Of a DNA stretch of 60,421 nt, positions 29,640 to 40,000 are shown piece by piece. The stretch's first letter is position 1. The number at the start of each line of letters is the position of its first letter. The stretch comes from Gemmatimonadota bacterium (GTDB taxonomy: Bacteria; Gemmatimonadota; Gemmatimonadetes; Gemmatimonadales; GWC2-71-9): the NCBI GenBank assembly GCA_003246755.1, contig QKDC01000028.1, positions 1 through 60,421 of the forward strand, read 5' to 3'. The notes under the pieces were generated by a model. That model was not told the origin of the DNA, did not search any database, and was given only the letters and a program-made list of their open reading frames with translations. Position numbers and translations under genes: made by a program.

Positions 29640-32233
29640 GTCGTCTCGGTACGATGGCAGCGACCATCGCCGTGATCTGCGGGGCGACCCTGCCGTTGGC
29701 CTGTCAGCAGACCCAGGCCCAGGGCAGAGATGCCGGGCGTGAGGCGGTACGGACGGGTGACTACCAGCGGGCACTGGCTATTCTCTCGACCCTGGCCCGT
29801 TCGCCCACCGCGACCGATGCCGACCGGTTTGCACTGGTCCGCGCCTACCGGGAAACTGGACGCTACGCCGAGGCAGTAGAAACCGCGAGTCAATTCGCGG
29901 CACTCGACCCGATCTGGCACGTCACGCTCGGAGAGCTCGCAGCGATACGGGGAGACCTCGACGAGGCCGAGCGCCACCTCCGCACCGGTCTTGCCACCGA
30001 AGGCTCCTTGGCGATCCGGAGTGGTGCACACCTTGGCCAGCTTCTTCTCGAGCGTGGCAGGCGGGAGGAGGCGAAGCGCCTGCTGGTCAACGTGATCCGT
30101 GGCAACCCTGGGCGGGATGGGGAATCCGAGGATTTGGCTGCGGTGGCGGCGGCACTTGAGGCGCTGGGTACCGCCTGGGGCGAACCAGACCGGTTCCGCG
30201 AAGCTCTCCGCATGTACGACCGTGCCATTGCGGCCGACTCCTCAAACCTGGAGGCCCAGGTCGCACTCGGAACCATGTTCCTCGCCAAGTACAATCGCCC
30301 CGATGCGCGAACGACCTTCGAGGCCGTGCTGAGGGTCAATCCCCGACATCCAAGGGCGCTCCTGGGTCTTGCTCTTGTCGCGCTGGCCGAAGGTCGCGCG
30401 GAAGGGGACGACCTGCTCGGACAGGCGTTGGAGACCAATCCCAATCTTGTCGAGGCACGGGTCGCGCTGGCGACGACTCATCTGGAGCGCGAAGACTACG
30501 CGGCTGCCGAGCGTGAAGTTAGCAAGGCACTCCTCACGAATCCCGCATCACTCCCCGCGCTCACCGTGCTGGCGGCGTCGCATCTCTTTGGCGGTGCTCC
30601 GGCGGCCTACGATACGGTGGCGCGTCGCGTTCTCGACTTCAACCCAGTCTATGCGGAATTCTTCGCGCAGATGTCGGTATTGAGCGCACGAAACCGCTTT
30701 TATCAGCAGGCGGTTGATCTCGCCCGGCGTGGTGTGGCCTTGGATTCGATCTCAGCTACGGCGTTGGCGGCCCTGGGTCTCAACGAACTCCGAGTGGGAG
30801 CCATGCGCGAGGGACGTTCCCATCTCGAACGAGCCTTCGCACTCGATCCGTTCAATGTTTGGACCAAGAACACTCTCGACCTGCTGGACACCTTCGACCA
30901 GTATGGGAGGCTGGAATCGGACACCCTTCGAGTGATCGCGGCTCCTGATGAAGTGGATCTCCTTGGGCCCTATTTGATGGAACTGGGGGAGGCAGGGTAT
31001 CGATCACTCGCCGCACGCTATGAGTACCGACCGACACGGCCCATTCAGCTCGAAGTGTACCGTCATCACCCTGATTTTTCGGTGCGGACCGTCGGGTTGG
31101 CGGGTCTTGGTGCTCTGGGAGTGAGCTTTGGCAACGTGTTGGCGATGGATTCTCCCTCAGCTCGGCAGCGCGGAGAGTTCAATTGGGGATCGACATTCTG
31201 GCACGAACTGGCCCACACGTTCACCCTTGGCGTCACCGATCACCGCGTGCCGAGGTGGTTCTCCGAAGGTCTGTCCGTGGTCGAAGAACGTCGGGCTCGA
31301 GTGGGGTGGGGGGCGCAGCTGCGGTTGGGATTTCTGATGGCGTACCACGAGGGCAAGCTACTCCCGGTCAGTCGGCTCAATGACGGATTCGTGCGACCCT
31401 CCTACCCGGAGCAGGTGGGCTTCTCCTACTACCAGGCGTCTCTCGTGTGTGAGATGATTGAGATGACTCGAGGATCGGATGCCATCAATCGCATGCTCGA
31501 TGCCTATCGTCGTGGCCTGCCTGGACCCGAAGTCTTCCGCGAGGCGCTCGCCGTGGAGCCTGAGGCCTTCGACAAGGAATTCGACCGGTGGTTCGTTGAG
31601 CGCTTCGGATCGGTACTCGAGGCGGTGGCAGGGGCCGATGGTGGAGCGTTTCACCGAGAATTGCAGCGAGGACTACTCTCGGAAAAGGCCGGGGACACTG
31701 AAGCCGCTGTCGTGGCCTTCGAGCGTGCCAAGGAGTTGTTCCCGGAGTACGCCGAACAGGACAATCCATACTGGCATCTGGCCAGGATTCACCGGGAGAT
31801 GGGACGCCTGAAGGAGGCGGCTCGGGAACTCGCCCGGCTCACCGCTTTGGCCGAAAGCGACTACGCGGCGAATCTGGAGGAGGCGGAGGTTCTCGAAGAG
31901 CTTGGCGATCTCGCGGGCGCAGCCGAGGCCCTCGAACGGGCAGTGTACATCGACCCCCGCGATCCCGCGCTCCACGAGAGACTTGCCGTGCGCTACGGCG
32001 ATCAAGGGAGATGGCGGGAGGCGGCGCGGGAGCGTCAGGCCGTGCTGGCCCTGAATCCGGTGGACAGAGCCGAGGCGCATTTCCAATTGGCCCGGGCCTG
32101 GTTTCATGCCGGCGATCGGGCCGCGGCGAGACGCGCGGTCCTTCGTGCACTGGACATCGCCCCGGCCTTCGAGCGGGCACAGGAACTTCTCCTGCAGATT
32201 CGCGGTATCTCCCCTCAGGGAGGGTTGGATTGA
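29636..32233 (+). CDS. Exported TPR protein with a central gluzincin (peptidase MA-like) domain
   Basis: Many TPR repeats flanking WHELAH...PRWFSEGLS; possible lipobox PLAC; GTGA overlap. Confidence 0.85.
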   Translation: MSRLGTMAATIAVICGATLPLACQQTQAQGRDAGREAVRTGDYQRALAILSTLARSPTATDADRFALVRAYRETGRYAEAVETASQFAALDPIWHVTLGELAAIRGDLDEAERHLRTGLATEGSLAIRSGAHLGQLLLERGRREEAKRLLVNVIRGNPGRDGESEDLAAVAAALEALGTAWGEPDRFREALRMYDRAIAADSSNLEAQVALGTMFLAKYNRPDARTTFEAVLRVNPRHPRALLGLALVALAEGRAEGDDLLGQALETNPNLVEARVALATTHLEREDYAAAEREVSKALLTNPASLPALTVLAASHLFGGAPAAYDTVARRVLDFNPVYAEFFAQMSVLSARNRFYQQAVDLARRGVALDSISATALAALGLNELRVGAMREGRSHLERAFALDPFNVWTKNTLDLLDTFDQYGRLESDTLRVIAAPDEVDLLGPYLMELGEAGYRSLAARYEYRPTRPIQLEVYRHHPDFSVRTVGLAGLGALGVSFGNVLAMDSPSARQRGEFNWGSTFWHELAHTFTLGVTDHRVPRWFSEGLSVVEERRARVGWGAQLRLGFLMAYHEGKLLPVSRLNDGFVRPSYPEQVGFSYYQASLVCEMIEMTRGSDAINRMLDAYRRGLPGPEVFREALAVEPEAFDKEFDRWFVERFGSVLEAVAGADGGAFHRELQRGLLSEKAGDTEAAVVAFERAKELFPEYAEQDNPYWHLARIHREMGRLKEAARELARLTALAESDYAANLEEAEVLEELGDLAGAAEALERAVYIDPRDPALHERLAVRYGDQGRWREAARERQAVLALNPVDRAEAHFQLARAWFHAGDRAAARRAVLRALDIAPAFERAQELLLQIRGISPQGGLD

Positions 32234-33015
32234 TGACACACCGGTCACGCGTCATGCTGGGACTGCTCGTCGTGGCATGGATGGGGAGTGGGATGGTACT
32301 CGCACAGTTCCCCGGGGGAGGCCGCCGAGGTGGGGGGCGGAACTCCGAGGCGCTGCCCAACGCAGCTTACGACGGGCGTTTCACCTTCGTGCGGATTCGC
32401 TACAACGCTGTGGGAGGGCGTGGGCGTGGAGGATTCGGCGATCCGATGTGGAACCACGATTATCCCCGGGCCGAGTATCACTTCGACCAGATTCTGGCCG
32501 AAGTCTCCTATGCCCCCACCTATCTCGAAGGCGGGAACGTCCTGACGCTCGATGATCCGGAACTCTTCAACTATCCGATCGCGTATCTCACGGAACCGGG
32601 GTTTTGGAGTGTGAATCAGGCTGAGGCAGACGGCCTTCGACGCTGGTTGCTGCAGGGCGGGTTCCTGATCGTCGATGATTTCGCGGGCGAGCACTGGTAT
32701 AATTTCGAGGATCAACTTCGGATCGTCCTACCCGAGGCACGCGTCGTCCCGCTCGACGTCACCCATCCGATCTTCGATTCCTTCTTTCGCATCGAATCGC
32801 TCGACTTCACGCACCCCTACTATGGAGTGCAATCACAGTTCCTCGGTGTGTTCGAAGACAACGACCCCACCAAACGCTTGATGATGATCGTGAACTACAA
32901 CAACGACATCGCCGAGTACTGGGAGTGGTCCGACCAGAGTTTCGCGCCGATCGAATTGACGAACGAAGCCTACAAGCTCGGCGTGAACTACATCATCTAC
33001 GCCATGACTCACTGA
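32233..33015 (+). CDS. DUF4159 family exported protein
   Basis: Signal peptide; W-x-x-DYP, YPIAY, GGFLIVDDF, HPIF and GVNYIIYAMTH motifs; TGATG overlap. Confidence 0.85.
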   Translation: MTHRSRVMLGLLVVAWMGSGMVLAQFPGGGRRGGGRNSEALPNAAYDGRFTFVRIRYNAVGGRGRGGFGDPMWNHDYPRAEYHFDQILAEVSYAPTYLEGGNVLTLDDPELFNYPIAYLTEPGFWSVNQAEADGLRRWLLQGGFLIVDDFAGEHWYNFEDQLRIVLPEARVVPLDVTHPIFDSFFRIESLDFTHPYYGVQSQFLGVFEDNDPTKRLMMIVNYNNDIAEYWEWSDQSFAPIELTNEAYKLGVNYIIYAMTH

Positions 33016-33044
33016 CCTCATCGGTCATGAAAGGACCTCTCGGC

Positions 33045-34073
33045 ATGACTTCCACCCAGAGTGCCGCTTCCCCTGCTCACGACGATCTCGCCACCGCAGA
33101 GCGCCTCCAGTCTGGGTATGCCCAGATCCTGAGCGAACTGCGGAAGGTCATCGTAGGCCAGGATGATGTGATTGAACAGGTCTTCATTTCCCTGGTCGCG
33201 GGGGGCAACAGCCTCCTGGTTGGGGTACCGGGCCTGGCAAAAACCCTGCTCATTCACTCCATTGCCCAGGCACTCGACCTCAAGTTCGCACGGATCCAGT
33301 TCACACCGGACCTCATGCCGTCGGACGTGACCGGTACCGACATCGTCCAGGACGATCCGGCCAGCGGTCAGCGGCGTCTGGTGTTTGCTCCCGGACCGAT
33401 CTTTGCGAACATCGTCTTGGCCGACGAAATCAACCGTACCCCACCAAAGACGCAGTCAGCGCTCCTGGAGGCCATGCAGGAGCATCGGGTCACGGTCCAG
33501 GGCCGCACCTATGAGTTGGACCCGCCCTTTTTCGTCTTTGCCACCCAGAACCCGATCGAACTCGAAGGGACGTACCCCCTCCCCGAAGCGCAACTCGATC
33601 GGTTCATGTTCGAGATCGTCCTCGACTACCTCGAGGAGGGAGATGAAGAGGAAGTGGTGCGGCGAACGACATCACCGCAGACACCGGTATTTTCCCATGC
33701 GCTGAGCGGGACAGATCTCATTGACTTCCAGGCCTTGGTGCGGCGTGTGCCGGCGGCTGATCCCGTGATTCGATACGCTGTCGCTCTGACGCGGCAGAGT
33801 CGCCCGGGCGAGGGGGCTCTGGATTTCATCTCGCGCTGGGTGCTCTATGGGGCGAGCGTGCGGGCGGCCCAGAGCATGATTCTGGGTGGCAAGGCACGTG
33901 CCCTGATCCATGGCCGGCATCACGTCAGTTTCGAAGACGTGCGAGCCTTGGCCCACCCCGTCATGCGCCACCGTGTGCTGCTGAACTTCCACGCCCAATC
34001 GGAACGGGTCACCACGAAGGACATCATCGACCGCCTGCTCGACGCCGTCCCGGTTCCTCGGTCGGGACTGTAG
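33045..34073 (+). CDS. moxR: MoxR family AAA+ ATPase
   Basis: GVPGLAKT, RIQFTPDLMPSD, LADEINRTPPKTQSALLEAM, ATQNPIE, PLPEAQLDRF. Confidence 0.96.
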   Translation: MTSTQSAASPAHDDLATAERLQSGYAQILSELRKVIVGQDDVIEQVFISLVAGGNSLLVGVPGLAKTLLIHSIAQALDLKFARIQFTPDLMPSDVTGTDIVQDDPASGQRRLVFAPGPIFANIVLADEINRTPPKTQSALLEAMQEHRVTVQGRTYELDPPFFVFATQNPIELEGTYPLPEAQLDRFMFEIVLDYLEEGDEEEVVRRTTSPQTPVFSHALSGTDLIDFQALVRRVPAADPVIRYAVALTRQSRPGEGALDFISRWVLYGASVRAAQSMILGGKARALIHGRHHVSFEDVRALAHPVMRHRVLLNFHAQSERVTTKDIIDRLLDAVPVPRSGL

Positions 34074-34076
34074 GAT

Positions 34077-34994
34077 ATGACGACGCGGGCTCGTGACGAC
34101 CTGTCGGGAACATCGTTTCTCGATCCGACGGTCCTAGCCACGATCGGGAATCTCGAACTCCTCGCCCGCACGGTGGTGGATGGGTTTCTCCATGGGCTTC
34201 ACCGCTCGGCCCGCCTGGGCCTCTCGATGGAGTTTGCCGAGCACCGGCCCTACATGCCCGGTGACGAGATCCGACGGATCGACTGGCGCGTCTATGCCCG
34301 AACCGATCGGTTCTACGTCAAGGAATACGAGGCGGAAACACACGCCACCGTGACCCTTCTCCTGGACATTTCCCCGTCCATGGCCTACGGGACCGGAGCG
34401 CTGACCAAGTTGGACTACGGCCGATTCCTCACGGCCTGCCTCGCCTGGTTTTCGGCGCGCCAGCGCGATCGGATCGGGCTGGTGCTCTTCGACCGGGAGA
34501 TCGTGAAGTACGTCCCGCCATCGACCCGCCACCTTCAGTCCGTCCTGCACACGATCGAAACCCTGACCCCGGGGCGACCCGGAGATCTCGGCCCCCCGCT
34601 GCAACGCGTCGCGGAGCAGGCCCGGCGTCGGGGCATCATGGTCCTCATCTCTGATTTCTACGAGGACCCCGAGCGCGTGGGCGAGGCACTCGAACTGCTT
34701 CGTGCCACCGGCGCAGACGTGATGGCATTCCACCTCCTCGATCCGGCGGAAATCGAATTTCCTTTCGAAGGGGCTGCGACGTTCCAGGATCTGGAACACG
34801 GCGAACGACTCCCGGTGGTACCCGAGGATCAGCGCACCCGCTATCAGGACCTCATGCGGGCCCATATCGCGGGCCTGACCACGCGCATGGCCTCCACCGG
34901 AGTGGACTATTCCGTCTGTGATGTCTCCAAACCACTGGATTACGTCCTATACGAGTATCTCGCACGGAGGCAGTTCCTGAGGAGTCCCCGGTGA
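34077..34994 (+). CDS. DUF58 vWA-like protein
   Basis: G-x-H-x-S...EFAEHRPY-x-PGD-x-x-RRIDW, LDISPSM, LISDF. Confidence 0.93.
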   Translation: MTTRARDDLSGTSFLDPTVLATIGNLELLARTVVDGFLHGLHRSARLGLSMEFAEHRPYMPGDEIRRIDWRVYARTDRFYVKEYEAETHATVTLLLDISPSMAYGTGALTKLDYGRFLTACLAWFSARQRDRIGLVLFDREIVKYVPPSTRHLQSVLHTIETLTPGRPGDLGPPLQRVAEQARRRGIMVLISDFYEDPERVGEALELLRATGADVMAFHLLDPAEIEFPFEGAATFQDLEHGERLPVVPEDQRTRYQDLMRAHIAGLTTRMASTGVDYSVCDVSKPLDYVLYEYLARRQFLRSPR

Positions 34995-37069
34995 GCGGTC
35001 TCGCGTTCCTGGTTCCGGCCTTTCTGGTCGGTCTCGGGGTCCTGGTGGTCCCAGTCGTCGTGCATTTACGACATCGCCAACGGAAGACGGCTGTTCCGTT
35101 TCCCTCGCTCATGTTTCTCAAACGCATCGAGTTCCGGGAGGTGCGCCGCCAGCAGATTCATCACTGGCCACTGTTTCTCCTTCGGTGCCTCGCAATCGCC
35201 CTGCTTGTTCTCGCCTTCGCTCGGCCGTTCTTCCAAGACCGCGAGATGGGCGGGGGGTTCGCGGTGCAGGGTGGTCGTGAGGTGGTCATTCTCCTCGACC
35301 ATTCCGCAAGCATGGGGTTCGGTGATCGCTGGTCACGTGCCCAAGCTGCAGCACAGGAGATTATCGATGGCCTGACGGCCGGAGACCGAGCGGCTGTGGT
35401 GTTGTTTCATTCCACCGCCACTGTCGCAACGACACCGACGGCCGACAAGGCTCTGTTGACGGCCGCCATCGATGAGGCTCGTCCCACATCGGGATCTACG
35501 CGGTATGGACCGGCACTTCGCGCGGCCAGGGAGATCGTCTTCGGAACAGATCGGCCCGGGCGGGAGGTCATCATGATGAGCGACTTCCAGCGCTCAGGGT
35601 GGACCGGTGAAGATCTCCAGACTCTCCCCGAGGGCACCTCGTTCAAAACTGTGGATTTGTCGGGTACGACCTCCGACATAACCGTCGGAAGCATCGAGGT
35701 GGTCGCCAACAACCAGGGCGACCGAACCGTCGGTACCGTGGTGGCGCAGGTGGTTGCCAGTGACCTGCGGGAGCCGCGACAGATCATGGCAACACTCGAG
35801 GTCGCAGGAAGGAATACGGAGACCAGGGAGGTCACCGTTCCCGCACGTGGCCCGGTGGCGCTCCGTTTCGATCCCATTACCCTCCCGGGCGCCCCATTGC
35901 GTGCGACCATCCGGCTCGAGACTCGCGATTCGCTTCCGGGCGACGACGCGTTCCATTTCCTCGCTTTTGCCGATCCGGCGGTGCGAGTGATCCACCGCCT
36001 CCCTGACGGCGCGGATCCCGGGCGCTCGTTCATCAGGCAGGCACTTGGCATTAGCCGACAACCGAGGGTCGACGTGATGCTCCGCAGCTCGACAATCACT
36101 GCGGCCGATCTCTCCCGCGCCGACGTGGTCCTGCTGGAAGGAGTCAGCTTCCCTGGGGGGGGTGAGGGGCAGCGCCTCACCGATTTCGTACGGGCCGGGG
36201 GAGGGTTGCTCCATGTCCTCAATGAACGTGTAAGCGGGGCCTGGCCCTCGGCTCTGATCGACGCCCAACTCGGGGATGTGGTTGATCGTTCGGCCGGCGC
36301 ACCGGCAACGATCGGGCTCATCCGGCGGGACCATCCCGTATTCGAACCCTTCCGTCTCCCACGATCGGGGGACTTCTCCGCCACGCGAATCTATCGGTAT
36401 CGCAGTGTGCGTAGTGATTCCATGGAGGTAATCGCCCAATATGACGACGGAGCTGCAGCGCTGCTCGTTGGCACCAGCGGGTCGGGTCGGGTTCTGATCT
36501 GGTCCTCCTCTGTGGACAACGTATGGAGCGACCTTCCACTCCAACCCGTGTTTCTCCCGTTGGCGCATCAGCTCGTACTCTTCGCAGCAGGATTCATCGA
36601 TCAGCCGACCGCATATCGGATCGGTGATGTCGCCTCCTTCGATCCGGAGGTGACGGCAAACGCTCCGGTCATTCTGGTGAGCCCGGGAGGAGAACGCAGA
36701 CGCTTCGAACCAGTGGCGACACCCCTGTCGTTCACTATCGCAGAACAAGGATTCTACGAACTGCGGGAGGCGCGAGCGGGTGGTCGTTTGCTGGCGACCG
36801 CAGCCGCCAATCTCGCCCTCGGCGAGTCGGATCTCACGCCCTTGGATCCGGCCGACTTGGCTATCGCCGCCGGAGCGCCGGACTCGGTACCGAGTGCGGC
36901 CAATCCCGTCCAGGCCGACCTCACGGTGCAAGAGCGCGAACGCGAGCAAAGTCTCTGGTGGTATGTGCTGGCACTGGTGGCGGTGACCCTTCTGGTGGAA
37001 CCCATGATCGCCAACCGCCTGACTGGCGCCGTACGCACCCCTGTCGTAGTCTCAGGAGTGAACCAATGA
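34991..37069 (+). CDS. BatA N-terminal + vWA domain membrane protein
   Basis: PVVVHL...VPFPSLMFL...LLVLAFARP; MIDAS LDHSAS...T...SDFQ; FVRAGGGLL; ESDL; C-terminal TM. Confidence 0.88.
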   Translation: MSGLAFLVPAFLVGLGVLVVPVVVHLRHRQRKTAVPFPSLMFLKRIEFREVRRQQIHHWPLFLLRCLAIALLVLAFARPFFQDREMGGGFAVQGGREVVILLDHSASMGFGDRWSRAQAAAQEIIDGLTAGDRAAVVLFHSTATVATTPTADKALLTAAIDEARPTSGSTRYGPALRAAREIVFGTDRPGREVIMMSDFQRSGWTGEDLQTLPEGTSFKTVDLSGTTSDITVGSIEVVANNQGDRTVGTVVAQVVASDLREPRQIMATLEVAGRNTETREVTVPARGPVALRFDPITLPGAPLRATIRLETRDSLPGDDAFHFLAFADPAVRVIHRLPDGADPGRSFIRQALGISRQPRVDVMLRSSTITAADLSRADVVLLEGVSFPGGGEGQRLTDFVRAGGGLLHVLNERVSGAWPSALIDAQLGDVVDRSAGAPATIGLIRRDHPVFEPFRLPRSGDFSATRIYRYRSVRSDSMEVIAQYDDGAAALLVGTSGSGRVLIWSSSVDNVWSDLPLQPVFLPLAHQLVLFAAGFIDQPTAYRIGDVASFDPEVTANAPVILVSPGGERRRFEPVATPLSFTIAEQGFYELREARAGGRLLATAAANLALGESDLTPLDPADLAIAAGAPDSVPSAANPVQADLTVQEREREQSLWWYVLALVAVTLLVEPMIANRLTGAVRTPVVVSGVNQ

Positions 37070-40000
37070 GATACCTATCCTCCTCCCCCGCCGATCTGCT
37101 GGAGATCGTGACACTCGTGCGACGACGCTGGCGCCTCCGGAACGCACTTCGCGGGGCAGTCGTGGTTCTGGCGGTCGTCTTGATGTGGCTAGTCGCGGGA
37201 GGAGCCCTGCTCGACAGTATGCGACTCTCTCTCGGTGTGACCCGGGCGATCAGTATTCTGGGATATGCCGGAGTTGCCTTCGTCGTTTTCCGGTTCTGGG
37301 TTCGCCCCACGTTGCGTCGCGTCACGGACGAGCAGGTTGCTCTCTATATCGAGGAGCACGAGCCCAACCTCCACTCCCTCCTGGTCAGTGCCGTCGAACA
37401 GGCCAAGAGTGGGGCCTCGAGGGCGCCCGCCTTCACCGATCGATTGGTGGCGGATGCCCTCGAACAGATGCGCGCGGTGGAGCATGGGCGCAGGATCGAG
37501 CGACGGAATCTCCGACAGGCAACGGCGTTCGCAACGGGGCTCTCCGTCCTGGCGGCACTTCTCCTCACGCTTGGGACGCCAGCCACGCGCCAGGGGGCAA
37601 GGACACTGCTGCTTCCGTGGTCGGAAGCGGCTGCTGCGACACCCTATCTGGTGCTGGTGGCCCCCGGGGACGCCACGGTGTCTCGGGGGGGCGACCAGGA
37701 AATCACCGCCGAACTCCGGGGCTTCACCTCCGAGCGCGTGGAAATCCTATTCCGCTCGGGGGATGACCCCGAATGGCAACGTGTCGCGATGGCGCCTGGT
37801 GACTCAGGGACCACATACGTCTTCCGACTCTTCGACGTGGCGGAACCGACCGAGTACGTCGTCGAAGCCGACGGGGTGCGTTCGACCATGCATCTCTTGT
37901 CCGTTGCCGATCTTCCCGCGGTCGGCAATTTCATCGTGGACCTGCGGTTTCCGGCATATACCGGGCTACCCAGCGAGAGACACGACCCGGGAGGTGACAT
38001 CGTCGCGCCCCGGGGCACCTCGGCCGAGTTCACGGTAACACCAACCCTACCAAGTGCGGCGGGGAGACTGATCACTGAGGCGGGTGACACGGTCAGCTTG
38101 GCCTCCAACGAGATCGGCGACCTCGCGGGACGCTTTCAACTGGAGCGTGATGCCATGTTCCGGTTCGAACTCCAGGCATCGAATGGTGCCTGGGTGGAAG
38201 CATCCCTCAGGTATCGAATCGACGTCGTCGACGACCGAGGACCTACGGTGATCATCCGGTCGCCGGGTCGTGACATGCAGGCAACCGCGGTCGAGGAGAT
38301 CTTCACCGAGACCGAGGCGAATGACGACTACGGACTGCGGCAGCTGGAACTCGTGGTCCGGATCAACGGTGGAGAGGAACAGGTGATACCGCTCCACGCC
38401 GGGGGGCGCCCCGTTCGCGAACTTGTCGGAAGCCACACACTGTTCCTCGAAGAATGGTCCCTCGAGCCGGGCGATCTCATCACCTACTTCGCCCGGGCCA
38501 CCGACAACAGCACGGTGGGTCAGACGACGAGTTCGGACATCTACTTCCTGCGGATTCGCCCCTTCGGGAAGGACTATCGGCAGGCTGAACAAGCAGGACA
38601 GCCGGGACAGCCCGGAGACACACCCGAGGGGCTTTCGGAACAGCAGAAGCAGGTCGTTGCCGGGACCTTCAAGGTGCAGCGCGACCGGGATGTCGCCCCA
38701 GCGGATCGGACCCGTGAAGACCTCGCAACTCTCGCCCTGGCTCAGGGTCAACTCCGTGAACGAGTGGTTGGCTTGACTCAGCAGATGGCCCAGCGAAACG
38801 CCGGTGCTGTGGACTCTGGCTTCACGATCATCCTCAACGAGTTGCTGCAAGCCATTCCTGAGATGCAGGCGGCTGAAGAACAACTTGGTCGTCGCCGTCC
38901 CGATGAGGCCCTCGGACCCGAAGAACGGGCCCTGCAGCATCTCCAGCGGGCCGAAGAGGCGTACCGGGAGGTGCAGGTTGCCATGGGTGGGCAGCAGCAA
39001 GGAGGTGGCGGTGCTTCCTCGAATGCGGAGGATCTCGCCGATCTGTTCGAGCTCGAAATCGACAAACTGCGGAACCAATACGAGACGGTGCAGCGGTCCC
39101 AGGAACAGCGTGCCGCTGAACAACTCGATGAAACCCTCGAGCGGCTGAAGCAACTGGCGAGCCGCCAGCAGCAAGAGAGTGAACGACTTCGTCGTGCCGC
39201 AGAGGGCCTGCAGAGTAGGGGGCAGTCGGGATCTGGGGGTGGTGCCCAACAGCGCAGAATGGCCACGGAGGCCGAAGAACTCGCCCGGCAACTCGAACGG
39301 CTCGCGAGGGAGCAACCCTCCCCTGAAGCCACGGAGGCCGCGCGCCAGATCCGTGACGCCGCCGAGGAAATGCGGAGGTCTGCAACCGGTCAGGAGGGCA
39401 GCGAGTCTCGAGCTGGGGAAGCGGCCCGCCGTCTTCGGGAAGCGACGCGTTCTCTCGAATCGGGGCGTTCAGGGAGGCTCGAACGCGCGGTGTCGTCAGC
39501 GGCACGTCGTGCCGAGGGATTAGCCGAGCGTCAGCGGGAGATTGGGCGTGACGAGGAGCGGGCCCTTCAGCAGGGGGCCATGGATCGCGCGACGGCCTCG
39601 AACCTGGGAGAACGGAAGGACAGCCTCGAGGCCGAAGTCGAGCGCCTGCGGGAGGACCTCAACCGTCTGGGCCTCGATGCCGGGAGCGAACGTCCAGAGG
39701 CTAGTCGGCGTCTGGCCCAAGCCGAGGAAGGCCTCCGTGAGGACAGGGTCGAGGACAAGATCCGGTACTCAAAGGGGTTTCTCAGGGGTGGGGCGTCGCC
39801 CGAGTATGCACGCAACTTCGAAGAATCCATTGCGGCCAACCTCGACAGTGCCGCGTCACGGCTTCATGCAGCCGCCGAGGCGGTGAGCGAGGCCAATGCC
39901 AACGATCCCTCGCGAGCCCTGGACCAGGCCGGTCGTCTCGTACGCGGCCTCGAATCGCTCTCCAATCGGCTCAACCAGCGGGCCCAAGGTGGAGAATCTG

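Noticed and set aside
33045-37069. MoxR-vWA anti-phage or ternary conflict system
   Set aside because: No nuclease, TIR or other conflict effector is visible; the DUF58/BatA partners and export signals point to an envelope function.
35407-39315. Long antisense ORFs (325, 451 and 422 aa) within the MoxR operon
   Set aside because: They lie wholly opposite well-supported genes and have no motifs; such shadow ORFs are expected in GC-rich DNA.
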